Shown here: positions 26,057-38,710 of the stretch, one piece after another
Layout: each line of letters begins with the position of its first letter
Position numbering within the stretch: the first letter of the stretch is position 1
Source of the DNA: Camelus dromedarius
Lineage: Eukaryota
DNA: 64,000 nucleotides
Assembly (NCBI RefSeq): GCF_036321535.1
Contig: NC_087436.1
Coordinates: 8,866,001 to 8,930,000, forward strand
Direction: 5' to 3'
Program-made: the position numbers and the translations under genes
The notes under the pieces: generated by a model
The model's input: only the letters and a program-made list of their open reading frames with translations
Database searches by the model: none
Told to the model about the DNA's origin: nothing

Positions 26057-26199
26057 ACCAAATCCATTTTTTTTCTTCCTGAATTCAGCAGTGTGTGCAT
26101 TTTTCAGTGTTTCCTGTAGCAGATGTGGTTGAATGACAGAGACAATAAGAAATCAGCACAGGTTTATGCAGTGACTCTGGGCCAGGACCACAAGCTGGG

Positions 26200-26454
26200 T
26201 GGGCCCCATGGCACATTCCTTTCACGGCCCTGATGCAGATAAACAGGAGACACTCTGAAGTCATGTGCTGAAGATAATGAAGCCATTAGATGTAAGGACC
26301 TGAGTCCCTCAATTATTACTTGGAGGAAAATTAGTAGCCTTTCAGAAACATGTTTTTATTTTTACATAAGCAAGAAAAAAAAGTCTGTCATATTTATGCC
26401 ATCACAATGTTTTTGTTGATTTGTTGCAACCCCCTAGAGTCATTTTATTAATAC
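26200..26454 (+). mobile_element. Old MLT1 (MLT1I/J-like) LTR 3' fragment
   Basis: gaagtcatgtgctgaagat...aaggacctgagtccct...ttacttggagg...atttgttgcaac...taataca. Confidence 0.55.
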
Positions 26455-26946
26455 AATAATATTTCAAAGATCCTTAATTATTAGAATTCAAAAGGTGATT
26501 TACCAAAAAAAGCAAAGGCTTTACAAATGGAAAATGTACATATTTGTAAACTCTTTTAAATAAAGATATTTAGTTAAACATCAGTTAAATTAAAGGGCAG
26601 TGAAGAGTTGGATGGTGAATATGTGATAGGGTCCATTGGGCATGTTACAATTCATATTTTCTAAAAGGATGTTTTATTTGGGAGGAGGGTATTTTTTAAC
26701 CACAAAAAAGACATTGGGTTTTTTAGAAAAGTTATCTGACAATTTTAGTCTCTGTGCTTTCCTCTGCTGGATTATATTTTCTCTGAGGGTAAAGTTGTAT
26801 ATCATGAATCTTTCTAGGCCAGAGTTAAGTTCTATTTACCAAATGATAGATGTTCAATACATTTTTATTGAATAATTGAAAAAAATGTATGTTTTCAGTG
26901 TCTAAGTTTACTTTAGCAGTTATGACATTTATTGGACATCATAATA

Positions 26947-27456
26947 TGTGATAAAAAAATATTGCCAGCTGTATCAGTAAATAAAGGATGTGGCCATCAA
27001 GTCATCAGCCACTGCTGTGGTCCCCCACGGGGAGCCGGATGGAAGTCAGGATGCTGACAAGCAGGCAGCCCGGCCTCTGCCGCCATCCTCAGTGGTACCC
27101 CCTGAGGAGACACAGGATATAGAACAGGACACGGCCCTAGACAGCTAAGATGAACATGAAAGGAATGATTTCAATGAGCCCAGACTCTTGTATCTTCCCA
27201 TACATAGAAAAGTGCTAAATTCATTAACTTGAGATGTCTGGTTTTCTTTAACAGTAATCTCTGATGCTCTGACTACCTGGTCTCTGCTGTAAGAACTCCT
27301 GTATATCCTGCCCCCCCCCCCACGTCTTTGGAGCAGTCCCTCAGAGCAATCTGAGAGGCTGTCATCCTGGGCTCAAGGGGGTTTGAGTCCTCAGAAAGTC
27401 CACCGAACAAATCATCACTCTCAACTTTTAGGCTGTGCATTTTATTTCAGTCGACA
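26947..27456 (+). mobile_element. ERV1-class solo LTR (artiodactyl/laurasiatherian type)
   Basis: tgtgataaaaaaatattgcc...tcagtaaataaaggatg...aatgagcccagactcttg...ctcaacttttaggctgtgcattttatttcagtcgaca; flanks aata/agta. Confidence 0.85.
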
Positions 27457-28369
27457 AGTAAAGCATGTATTTGCCTGTGTTCGCTGTGTTTTATAAACAG
27501 GATATGCACGCAAGCAGGAAGATCAACAGAGACAGAGGTGAATATTTTGATACGGTCGCGCCATGGACAGGGACCGATTCCGGTAGACCAAGAGTGTGCC
27601 AAAGGCTGTGTCAGTAGAGGCAGAATATGTGGTCCTGTCCTCCACCAGGTCTCTGGTAAAGAGGGAAGTGATGAGAGAAGTGGACTTGGAAACTCTGCGT
27701 TTTGTAGATGCCAGTGGCGGAGAATTTAGGCCCTTTGGGAAATAGATTAACTCCCATGAGGAAAAATCAGAGTTACAAAACTTTCAATCTCACTAGACGT
27801 AATGAGAAGAAGGAGGCAAGTGGCCCCTACCTCTAGGAACAGTCTTTGTGACATTAGATTAATTATTTCTCTGCCAATATAACCTCTGGCTAGTACATTA
27901 ATGACAAAATCCTTATAGATACGCATTATAGTATCATATATATGTAACACTATACATTACGTATGTAAATACTACCTATGAGTGTATATTTATATATAAG
28001 TTCTGGTATTTAACAGCAAAAGCTCTTTAAAATATTAATTTTAATTCAATAACAAACTGGAAAATATTAAAAATTTCCATTTTGTGACTCAGAGCTAAAG
28101 GAAACAAGAATCAAATAATAATCAGTTCCAGGATTGTCAGTGAAGAGAAGGGATTCTACCTAAACAATAGGAAATCAAGAGATACACCAAGAGAGAACTA
28201 GATTTTCAAGTTGAAAATCAACACAAATCACATTACAATGAATGTATACAATTAAGTCTGATAGCATGCAATTGAAATTTCTACCAATTTTCCTTCAAAA
28301 TTATCTCATTTGAAGCATTTCTTATGAATGAAAAATAATTTCCAGTTTTGTTTTGAGCCATCAAATAAC

Positions 28370-28670
28370 ACACACCTCGTAAATGAGAAGGGAACGAGAA
28401 TCCTTTTGGCCACTGTGCCAGGAGGGAGCGTAACAGCAGGTGATTACAATAAAAACCACCTTGTTGTTCCGTAGTTAACATCTGTGCTTTCTAAATGGTA
28501 AAGTAAATGAACATAATGGATAGAGTTTTGGATTCACGTTTTGCCACCTAACTTTACACGAGCGTTTGCAGTGTCGTCAAACCACGGAGCCAAAATCTCA
28601 GATACTTCCGGCCAATTTTCCCCTTAAAGGATTGTTTTGCATCAGTGACAAGGAACAAACACGTTTTGCA
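28370..28670. promoter_or_regulatory. Candidate promoter or enhancer islet
   Basis: Local CpG retention; ACTTCCGG (ETS-type) at 28604-28611 directly followed by CCAAT; CGTCA half-CRE at 28575-28579. Confidence 0.3.
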
Positions 28671-30444
28671 ATTTTGTTTGCAAAGAAAAAGCAATAATTA
28701 AGGGAAAGATGAGAATCAGAAGCATTTTTGAGATGAATAGAGACCAGAAAGCAAAGACAGTGGAATTCCAGAATCGGCTTATTGTTTTCAATGGTTTTAA
28801 AAATATATATGATATAAATATTACAGATTTAAGTAACAACCAGTACCGTTGGAACTTTTGGCTGATGTAATATCATATATAGGGATTTAACGTAGGTGAA
28901 AATATTTCCTGTTGGCCAAGCAGAGTTCTCTTTGTGGTTATGATTATAGTACAGAGAACTATTGGCCACTGATCTTAGGTCTTAAGACATGTTTTTTTGT
29001 GTGTGTTTTTTTGCCCTTTCGGAACACCTCCTGTTCTCCAAGTTGTGTACCTTGAAAGGAAGTGAACATACTGCCAACTAATTCCAGAGAATTTCTTGCC
29101 TGTTATGATATACTTTCCTAGTTCTTAAATGGGTACGAGAATTAATAAAGATATCTATAATTGGATTTTTAAAAATTAGAGTGCTTATTGTTTTGGATCA
29201 TAATATTTGCCTTGACCAAAATTACTTTCCCCTGCTTAAGTGAAAGATTTTGGTGAAGGTGAAATTGTGTCTGAGGGTATATTTTTGTAGAGGTGGAGCA
29301 TTTGATTCTTCTCTGTTCACTTGCTTTGTGGCTTTAAGAGAAGGTCTTACGGGCGCTGGCCTTGAGATGCTCTGTTTACAAAGTGAAGGTATCAGTATTG
29401 AAGTCAAGATGATCCTGTGTGCTTTAGACACAAAATTAAATGAAAAATACTCTTTGATGAAATGTTTGGGAAATAGTCTCTCTCTAATTAGTCAACAAAG
29501 AGACCTGTGAACCTCAAAATGTTAAGGACTTCAAGAAATCTTGAAGAAAAACTGAAAGAAATAAATGAACAAGTCAATCTTCATTTCCTCGAATTGACCA
29601 GAGTACTTGAACACACTGGGATGGGGGGAGGGCGGTGAGCACACATATTAACATCTCCCCGCCCCCTCGGGGGCTGCATTGCTATTCTGAGGGGAAGGGT
29701 GTGAGGGATGGCATATGGGCTCCCACCAGCAGTAAACTGTTATGATGTTTAGCTTATTTGATAATCACAATTCTTGCACGTTCTCCAAAATTCAACATGA
29801 GCCTTTCGTGACTTAGCACAAGGAAACATTTTGGCTCTTTTAGTCATTCCCAAATATCTAATCAATAGACATACTGTAAATTCTTGTCTGGACTGTGAAA
29901 TTCATTTTTCCCCCTTTGAAATACACCTCATACCACACATCTGATAAGACAAGCAAGCACCATCTGCCTAGTTTATAAACTGACATATTATCACCTGAAT
30001 GCATTCTTTTGTGCCATTTTGTGGGGGAAATGATACAATCTTTGGAAATAAAATAGAAAAATTAAAATTTCCAAGGTTATTCTCTGTCCTGTTAAGAAGT
30101 ACACATGCATCATATGTGAACATTAAAATTGCTATCATTTAAATTCCCAATTCCAAAAATGTACATTGCTATATGAAAGATAATCAAATATGGTTAAATT
30201 TTTATATATTGAAATTCAATATAATATTTTATTCTAGTGTTTTTCCACAAAATTTTCCTTTTGAACAGTAAGAACTGTTTAAAAATATCTCTTAAAGTAA
30301 TGACGTTCACTAACTTTTACTGTGTTTGCAATACTTATACTTATGAACAGCATATGAATGCATCATATATATTTACATATAATATATACACATATACATT
30401 ATATACAAATAATGCGATTCTGAAAAATCAAAAAAATTCCTATG

Positions 30445-30627
30445 TAGAATAGATAAACAAGATTATACTGTATAGCACAGGGAAATATATACAAGATCTT
30501 ATGGTAGCTCACAGAGAAAAAAATGTGACAATGAATATATATATGTTCATGTATAACTGAAAAATTGTGCTCTACACTGGAATTTGACACAACATTGTAA
30601 AATTATTATAAATCAATAAAAAATGTT
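30445..30627 (+). mobile_element. Young camelid L1 3' end (183 bp)
   Basis: L1 3'UTR end with a perfect 14-bp TSD aaaaaattcctatg at 30431-30444 and 30628-30641. Confidence 0.95.
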
Positions 30628-30764
30628 AAAAAATTCCTATGATTTGAGAGAGAATTTGCAGAAAAACATATTTTAAAAGACTAGTAAAAGTAATGACTTG
30701 TGTCTTTATTGACCTATTAAGTGATTTGAATAATAGCAAGGGACGTTGCCCAATTAAGACCATT

Positions 30765-32760
30765 AATTCATTCAACAGATTCTTAGTGCCTCTGGTTTAG
30801 TATGTGCCAAGGACGGTTAATATAGAGTTGAAAACTCCCTGACAGTAAAGCTAGTGGAAAATTCCTACCTGTAAACAAACCATTATAACACAAGACAGGG
30901 AGTGTCTGACACTTTTATGCGTGGTATATATCTGCAAGTCTGGAGGACACTTCAGATTAGGGGATGACTGACTAATCGTTGTCTCGGGGCAAGGACCAAG
31001 AAAGAATCCATAGATGATATGAAAACTGAACTAAAAAATGAGCCATAAAATAGGATGAGGTGGTGGTGAATTTCGTGCGGAGAGATGATCTTTCCAGAAG
31101 CCAGAACACTAGTAGAAATGCAGGGAGTTGGTAATGAGTAAGAATTCTTCCTCCCCCTACATATAATGAGTCATTCTGCCCATGGAAGATGCTGAAGGAT
31201 GGTGGTGGATCATGAGCTGTTCATGGACACACTCGTGTGATGCTCTAAGGAGTTTGGACTAGAGCAGGGAGTCTATTTTAAGCAAAGCTACTATAAAACC
31301 AAATTTGGACATTAGAATGAGCACTGTGGAGGCAGGGTCAGAATAGACTGTTGGCACTATTTACAATAGCTGAGACACAGAAGTAACCTAAATGTCTATG
31401 AACAGATGACTGGATAAAGAAGATGTGGTATATTTATACAATGGAATACTATTCAGCCATAAAAACCGACAACATAATGCCATTTGCAGCAACGTGGATG
31501 GACCTAGAGATGATCATACTAAGTGAAGTAACCCAGACAGAGAAAGACAAATACTATATGATATCACTTACATGTGGAATCAAGAAAAAAAAAAATGACA
31601 CACATGAACTTATTTACAAAACAGAAAAAGAGTCACAGACATAGGAAACAAACTTATGGTTACCAGGGAGGAAGGTGGGGAGGAGGGATAAAGTGGGATT
31701 TCAGGATTGGCAGATACTAACTACTATATATAAAATAGGTAAACAACAAGGACCTACTCTACAGCACAGGGGACTATATTCAATATCTTGTAATAGCCTA
31801 TGATGAAAAAGAATAGGAAAATAAATAAATATGTGTATAACTGAATCACTATGCTGCACACCAGAAATTAACCCAACACAGTAAACCAACTATAATTCAG
31901 TTTAAAAAATATAGGCTTTTGAGGAGCAATTTGAGATATTATGAAATTTTGGATTTTTAAAAAATATTTTTCAGATATTAAACAGAAAGACAGCACATCT
32001 ACAAAAAGATATAATAAAGCTATGTTTAGAAGAGTATAAGGAATTTAAAAAAAAACAAAACAAAACACATTTCCTGATTGAATAATCAAGTGCATGTTGA
32101 GATAAGAAAAAAAGGATGAGGGATGGTTTTTGTGAAACAGTAATGAGTCAGTTCTGGGTCTATGGAACTTGAGACACATCTCTGCGACTCCGAATTGCAC
32201 GTGCTACACATGCGGTTGAACTTACAAATCTGGACGCTTAGGATATATGTTCAACTTAAGAGTTAATTACAAAAAGAGTTAATTAAAATGCAGGTGGTAG
32301 TTGAAATCATGGAGAAGAGCATTATTTATTTGATAACAGAGTGTAAAGGGAATAAAACATTCTGGGGAACTCAAGAGAGTTGCTGAGGAGGTCATCCAAA
32401 GAGAGTACATTGTGGAAAGAGTCAATAAGGGATCCAAGAAGGACCCTCCCTTAAGACCAAAGGAAGAGGAAGTGGAACCAACGAAAGAGACTAAGGCGTT
32501 GTTAGGGTGTTGAGGGAAGTTTAGAAAAGAATACTATTGAGAATTTCTAGATCTACAAAGTGCTCAACAATCTCAAATACCATGAAAAGTTGTATCCAAC
32601 CAGTCCGGGAGAATGCCTGTTTTGTCTGGTAATTAAGTAGGATGACTTTGAATTTAGGGAAAGAAGTTTCAGTGGATTTGGGGGAGCAGATATCATTGCA
32701 TTGTTTTTGAGGTGAAGCGACTGCAAAGAATGGAAATGATGAAATTAGACAAGCTATTTT
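30765..32760 (-). mobile_element. Degenerate L2 LINE, interrupted by an L1
   Basis: Begins with the reverse L2 tail attcattcaacag; purine-rich L2 body (aaggagtttggact, gatgactttg...agtttcagtgga). Confidence 0.6.
31354..31910 (+). mobile_element. 5'-truncated lineage L1
   Basis: ORF 31423-31644 (MWYIYTMEYYSAIK...[10 protein letters not shown]) is the L1 ORF2 terminus; the 3'UTR follows. Confidence 0.95.
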
Positions 32761-34369
32761 AAACTAGATGAAGCATTTTAACATCATCAGTCAAATAAAA
32801 AGATTCCACTATTTTATCTGTGAGGTCTCAGCTATCTTTGCATACCTATGATTCCGGAAGAAAGGAGTCCAATTACCTAAAACCTCTACTGTTTAAAATA
32901 CCATAAAAAAAAAAAACACACTTTGAAAAGTTAACTTTTACTACAGCCTTGAATGAGGTTAAAAATATCTTCCATGACCTATGAAGTGGAAACATCTTCT
33001 CTTTTGTGCATATAATACTTTTTTATCTACTTATATAAGCAATGCTGACTCACTTGAAATTATGAATACCTCTTCATCTATAAAATAGATACACTTTTGA
33101 CTTTCAGGGTCAATAAAACAGATACCACTATATCATTCTGGGAGTCACAGAATATTAACCATTTGACTTGATCATTCTATATGCTTACAAGAGTTGTCTG
33201 TTTTACCTGATTGTAATGTTATTTTTTATTTTGGCAAGTAGGGGTGTGTTCACTAACATATATCCAAGATTTACACACATAGACGTGCGTGCACACGCTC
33301 AAGCAGGTAACAACAGTAAATAATCATCCAAGGAAGAATTCAAGCTAAAAGCAAAATAAGCAAGTAAACAATCAAAAACTTTAAAATAACACTGCCTTCT
33401 TGATATTACCAGGTGATAATAAAGATGGTAAATTGTGATTCCTTTGTTCGTGTCCCTGTAAATCTGTGTATGAAAAATTTATTTTTTATTGTAATTCTTC
33501 CCTTTTTTGTAAATTTTACTCATATAAGAAAAGAATATCAAGAGATGACACTGATGAACGTTATATAATCTTTCTTGGGGACTGATGTTACCTTTATCAA
33601 ACGATAGTCACTAAGTGCCCAGAAATGGATGTGACTATGAAATGAAAAGCATAGAATTCTCTCTAAAATAAAATGCGGGCCACTTCCAGGAACTAACCAT
33701 CTTCCCATAAAAATTTCATTATAAATATCAGAAAAAAATATTAAATATTGGAAAGGCAGGATAGATTTTGAACAATACAGACATGCTGAATAAATGCTAC
33801 TGTTGAAACTGAACGGTTATTATGGACTTGAGACTACAGGGAAGAGATGTGAACAACGGAATAAAGACAGCATCGTCACAGAACACTGAAATACAACTCC
33901 TTAATAGTCACTCATAAGATGATGTCACTGGCTCAGTGGCGCCATCATGTGGCCTGCGCTAAACTAACTGTAAACCACTGGTCTTCCCAAGGGCTACCCT
34001 GTGTGGTCAGGGGTCCAGGGTGAACTCTAGGGGCCAAGAGACGTGATCCTGGTTCTCTTGATGGAGCTGGAAAAATACAACTAGGACCCCTCTCTTTGTC
34101 TTTCTCCCTACACAAACATCATAGAGTCACAGAGTGACCTTCAGTTGCTTTTATTTGCTCAGTTTTTGAATTAAGCTCATTTTGAAAATGTAAAAAAAAA
34201 ACAATTAAAGACATTAAACTAAACACTCATGTTAGGAAATATACTCCTTCACATAAAGATGGTACCTTGAAGCATAGTGTCATGTTACTACTGATCACAT
34301 GAATAAAACGTATTACCATATATTTTATGGTTTTATTACTAGGTTTATCATTTAAAATAGTCATTTAAA

Positions 34370-34585
34370 TAATTAGGTATTATAAACATAAACTATTAGA
34401 TATTATAAACTATAAACATTCATTACTAAATTACTAAATAACAACTAAATGTATTGCTAAATTAGATAGTAACTATAAATTTTGTATTACTAAATGCTAA
34501 TAATGTTACTAAATAATATATACATATTATTAAATATTAAAATAGTGATAATTTAATAATATATTTGTATTTAATTTTATAACTA
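34370..34585. repeat. AT-rich low-complexity tract
   Basis: Degenerate ataaact and tactaaat units. Confidence 0.7.
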
Positions 34586-34826
34586 CAGTTTACTCATATT
34601 ACACGTATACTTTATTACTATTGCAAATATTCATTTTGAGTTCCAGTTTTGTATTAACTCACAGTTTTAGAGAAAAGCTATTTTCTAAAAAAAGCATTTT
34701 CTCACAATATATAAAGTTGTTGGGCATTCTTGTGCTTTTAAAATATTCAAAAGCAAATAAAAGGACATAACAAATTTATAAATGGCTGTCATTATTTCTC
34801 TGTTAACACAACAACAGTAAGGTCGG

Positions 34827-34904
34827 ATGCTAGGTTCTTGGGCAGCCCGAGAGAGAGACTGGGGTGCTGGACTCAGGTGGCCAAATGTGAACCGAAATGC
34901 GATG
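34827..34904 (+). other. Candidate first exon segment ending in a strong donor
   Basis: TATAAAT at 34777-34783; ATG at 34827 opens 26 codons to ...GCGATG|gtgagtat. Confidence 0.3.
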
Positions 34905-35572
34905 GTGAGTATTGTATTTTGAAGGTACAGTCTGTGAATCTCCCTGTGTGTGATCAGCATGGCTGCTGGCATGACAAACACTCCAGGTTTATTCCATCCC
35001 TCATCTGTGATTTCACCAGGGCAGAGTCCATATTTACTTTTACCGTTTCAAACAGCTCTTCTTTCCTAAAGTTAATTTATACCAACTATGAGCCTGCAAG
35101 TGGTCCTCTAAAAAGGAACAGCGGTATAATTGTTCTTTCAGGTTATTTCTGAAATTACACACGATCCAAAATAAAACTCAAATATCCTCACCTAAAATGA
35201 AATTTATATCTCTTTATATTTGATAAATGGGCTCCTTAAAAACATGCTGCTTAATAATTACCATCTAATATCTGAAGTCTATCATCTAAGTCTAACTTCA
35301 AACTTACTACTAGTTCATGTCACTAAATTAAACAATTGTATATTTTTTTTAATAATTTCTATGTCCGAAAACTCTTCGAAAATTTTGATTTCTCTCCTCT
35401 AACAAAAGGTTATCCTAGCAAAGGGAAACAACGATCAGCTATTACTGATTTTTGACAAATCCAAGTGGTTTCTGATATTATTTATTTTTCCACTAAGCAA
35501 TCACAACTAACCATTCTGTTAATTTTTCTAATAACTTGTCCTTCTCTAAAGTTCAAATATCATTATAAGAAA

Positions 35573-35665
35573 ACATTGTGCTGTACACCAGAAATTGACA
35601 CAACATTGTAAACTGAGTATACTTTAATAAAAAAAGATACAAGAAGTAGCCAAAAAAAAAAAAAG
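35573..35665 (+). mobile_element. Very short L1 3' end
   Basis: cattgtgctgtacaccagaaattgacacaacattgtaaactgagtatactttaataaaa followed by two A tracts. Confidence 0.88.
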
Positions 35666-35929
35666 AAACAAAACATAGACACATGCCATAAAACAAGACA
35701 ATCTTTAGAGACCTTCGTCACTTTGATCTGCCATGAGTTCTCCAACTGAATTATGACTCAGGTTCTAAATTATTCTTTACTAACCTTAGGAGGGCAGAAG
35801 GATTTCAGTACATGTTTGCTAACATGATTGTGTTTGCTCTACTATATATTTTCAACATTGTAGATCATTTAATTTGATCTAATATTTCTTTCTTGGATTA
35901 TTAAAGTATCTCCAGTATAAACTCAATTC

Positions 35930-37545
35930 TTTTTTCCAGCTTTATTGAGATACTATTAATGATGGTTAATGATAGAATATGATGATTTGATACGTGTATA
36001 TACTGAGAAATGATAATCGCCAAGGTTAGTCAACATCTCCATCCCCTCACGTAATTACCATTTGTGTGTATGCATGCGTGCGTGCGTGTGGTGATAACAT
36101 TTAAGATCTATTCTGTTAGCAACTTGAAAGTCTGTGACACAGTGTTGTTAATTATAGTCACTATGATGTACATTAGGTCCTCAGAATTTGTTTATCTTTA
36201 AGCTGCATGTTTGTACCTTTTGATCAACATCCCTCTATTTCCTCCATCTCCTAGCTTCTGGCAGCCGTCATTCTATTCTCCGTTTCTATGAGTTGAACTT
36301 TTTTAGATTACACATACAAGTGAGAAAGTAAAGTATTTGCCTTTCTCTGAATAACTTATTTTGCTTAACATAATGTCCTCAAAGCCCATTCCTGTTTTTG
36401 CAGAAGATGTGATTTTCTTCTTTGTTTACGGCTGAATAATATTTCTATGCATATATATCACATTTTCTTTATCCATGTGTCTATAGATGGACACGACAGT
36501 CATGTCTTGGCTATTGTGAATAATGCTGTAATGAACATGGGGGTGCAGACATCTCTTCCATACTAGTGATTTCATTTTCTTCAGATAAATACCCCAAAGT
36601 GGAATCACTGAATCATAATGGCTGTTCCATTTCTAATGTTTTGAGGAACCTCCAAACTTTTCTATAGTGGCTGTACAGTTTACATTCCCAGCAGCAGTGT
36701 ATAAGGGTTCCTTTTCTCCACATCCTTTCCAACCCTTGTTAACACTGGTTTTGTAATAACAGCCATTCTAACAGATATGAGGTCGAATCGCATTGTGGTT
36801 TTGATTTGCATTTCCTTGGTGATTAGTGATGTTGAGCATCTTTTCATGTGCCTGTTGGGCATTTGTATGTCTTCTTTAGGAAAATGTCTATTCAAACCCT
36901 TTGCCCATTTTTTAATCAGATTTTTGGGTTTTTTTTTTTTTTGCTGTTGAGTTGTATGAGTTCTTTATGTACTTTGGTTATCAATCCCTTATTAAATAGA
37001 CAGTTTGCAAATATTTCCTCCCATTCTGTAGGCTGCCTTTTCATTTTGCTGATTGCTTCTTTCGTTGTGTAGAAGTTTTGTTTTGTTTTGGATGCAGTCT
37101 CACTTGTTTACTTTTGTTTTTATTGCTTGTGCTTTTGGTGTCACATCCAAAAAATTGTGCAAAGACCAGTGTCAAGAAACTTTCTATGTTTTCTTTTAGC
37201 AGTTTTACAATTTTGAGTCTTATATAAATCTTTAGTCTATTTTGAGTTAATCTTTGTTGGTGGCTTAAGATGGGGATCTGATTTCATTCATTCACATGTG
37301 AATATCCAGTTTTCCCAACATCATTTATTGATAAGACTATCTTTTCCCCATTGAGTATTCTTGGCTTCCTTTTCAGATATTAGTTGAACACACATATGTG
37401 GGTTTATTTCTAGGCTCTCAATTCTATTCCATTGGTCCATGTGTCTGTTTTTGTGTCAATGCATATCATTTTAATTAGAATAGCTTTGTAATAAAGTCTG
37501 AAATCAGGAAGTGTGATGCCCCCAGCTTTGTTCTTCTTTCTTAGG
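35930..37545 (-). mobile_element. L1MA9-like LINE 3' portion
   Basis: Reverse 3'UTR (aacatctccatcccctcac...acatttaagatctattctgttagcaa); ORF 36680-36895 gives [12 protein letters not shown]...[10 protein letters not shown] (ORF2). Confidence 0.92.
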
Positions 37546-38465
37546 ACAGATTAGTCCAATTCTTTATTTGCTGAGCAGGACCATTTTTCCAGAAATCTCC
37601 TTAAAAAGTGTGTGGATATCCACTTCAAGGGCTGAATAACAATCATATTATTTATATAAACTCTATTTTGCTGCTTATTTTCCTTGCCTTGGGTTATTAA
37701 ATATTAGATGATAGCAGTGTATCTGGAAAACTGTTGCTTGATTTTGTATTACAGAATATAATTAAAAAGAAAAAAAAAGAACAGGAAACAACAACAAGCC
37801 CTGTTCTTAGGAGTTCAATCATGCTACATTACTTATTTTCTGACTTTAATGCCCAGATCTTCAAATTGCATGTCTAAGAAACGATTTAATGTTCTTTAGT
37901 AGTACAAATGATGAGATTAACATACTTTTTAAATTATAATAATTGATTCCTAAATATCTTTAAAACCAAGTACATTTTTTTTTCCTTTTGTGTTTTAACT
38001 AAGGCTGTTGTTTCTTTATTCATGCTATCTTTGCTGCTGTAAGAAGGTAATGTACTCTTAAAACAAGCGTGACTCTCATGTGTCTTTTCAAGCTTCAGAG
38101 TACTTAGGAGCTGCTTTGCAAACTAGTTTACAAGTCGCACTGGAAAATCAATCCTAGTCTTCAATAGACAAATTGCATTTGTGACTGCAAATGATACTAT
38201 CAAGGCTGATTACTCATCTTATTTGCCAAGCATGGAAGGATTCTGCTTTAAAAAAACATATAAACACTACAAAATATATTGGAAACTTGTTTTAGGTACA
38301 ATGCAACAGCAAAAGAGAAACGTAAGACATGTTTTCAGAAATGTCAGTATCTTTAGATTTACATCTGATAATTGATGTATATAAGTTCATAATATGGCCC
38401 ACTATTCATTTCAACAATTTGTGATGTTATTCTCTGCACGTATTTTAAAATATTTTACCCGATAC

Positions 38466-38494
38466 TGTGTGTGTGTGTGTGAGTGTGTGTGTGC
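38466..38494 (+). repeat. (TG)n microsatellite, interrupted
   Basis: tgtgtgtgtgtgtgtgagtgtgtgtgtg. Confidence 0.9.
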
Positions 38495-38637
38495 GCATAC
38501 CTGTGTTTTAACTGAGACAAATAACAAGTAATCTCTGGTCCACAGTGTTATTGTTGGAGTAATCTTTAAATTACTTTCTATAATCAAGTAAAAAGTTTTA
38601 ATATATTTTATATTTTTTATTTTATTTTATCTCGGAG

Positions 38638-38710
38638 TTTTTTTTTAGTTGAAGTATAGTCAGTTTACAATGTTGTATCAATTTCTGGTGTACAGCACAG
38701 TGCTTCAGTC
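38638..38710 (-). mobile_element. Very short L1 3' end
   Basis: ttttagttgaagtatagtcagtttacaatgttgtatcaatttctggtgtacagc. Confidence 0.88.
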
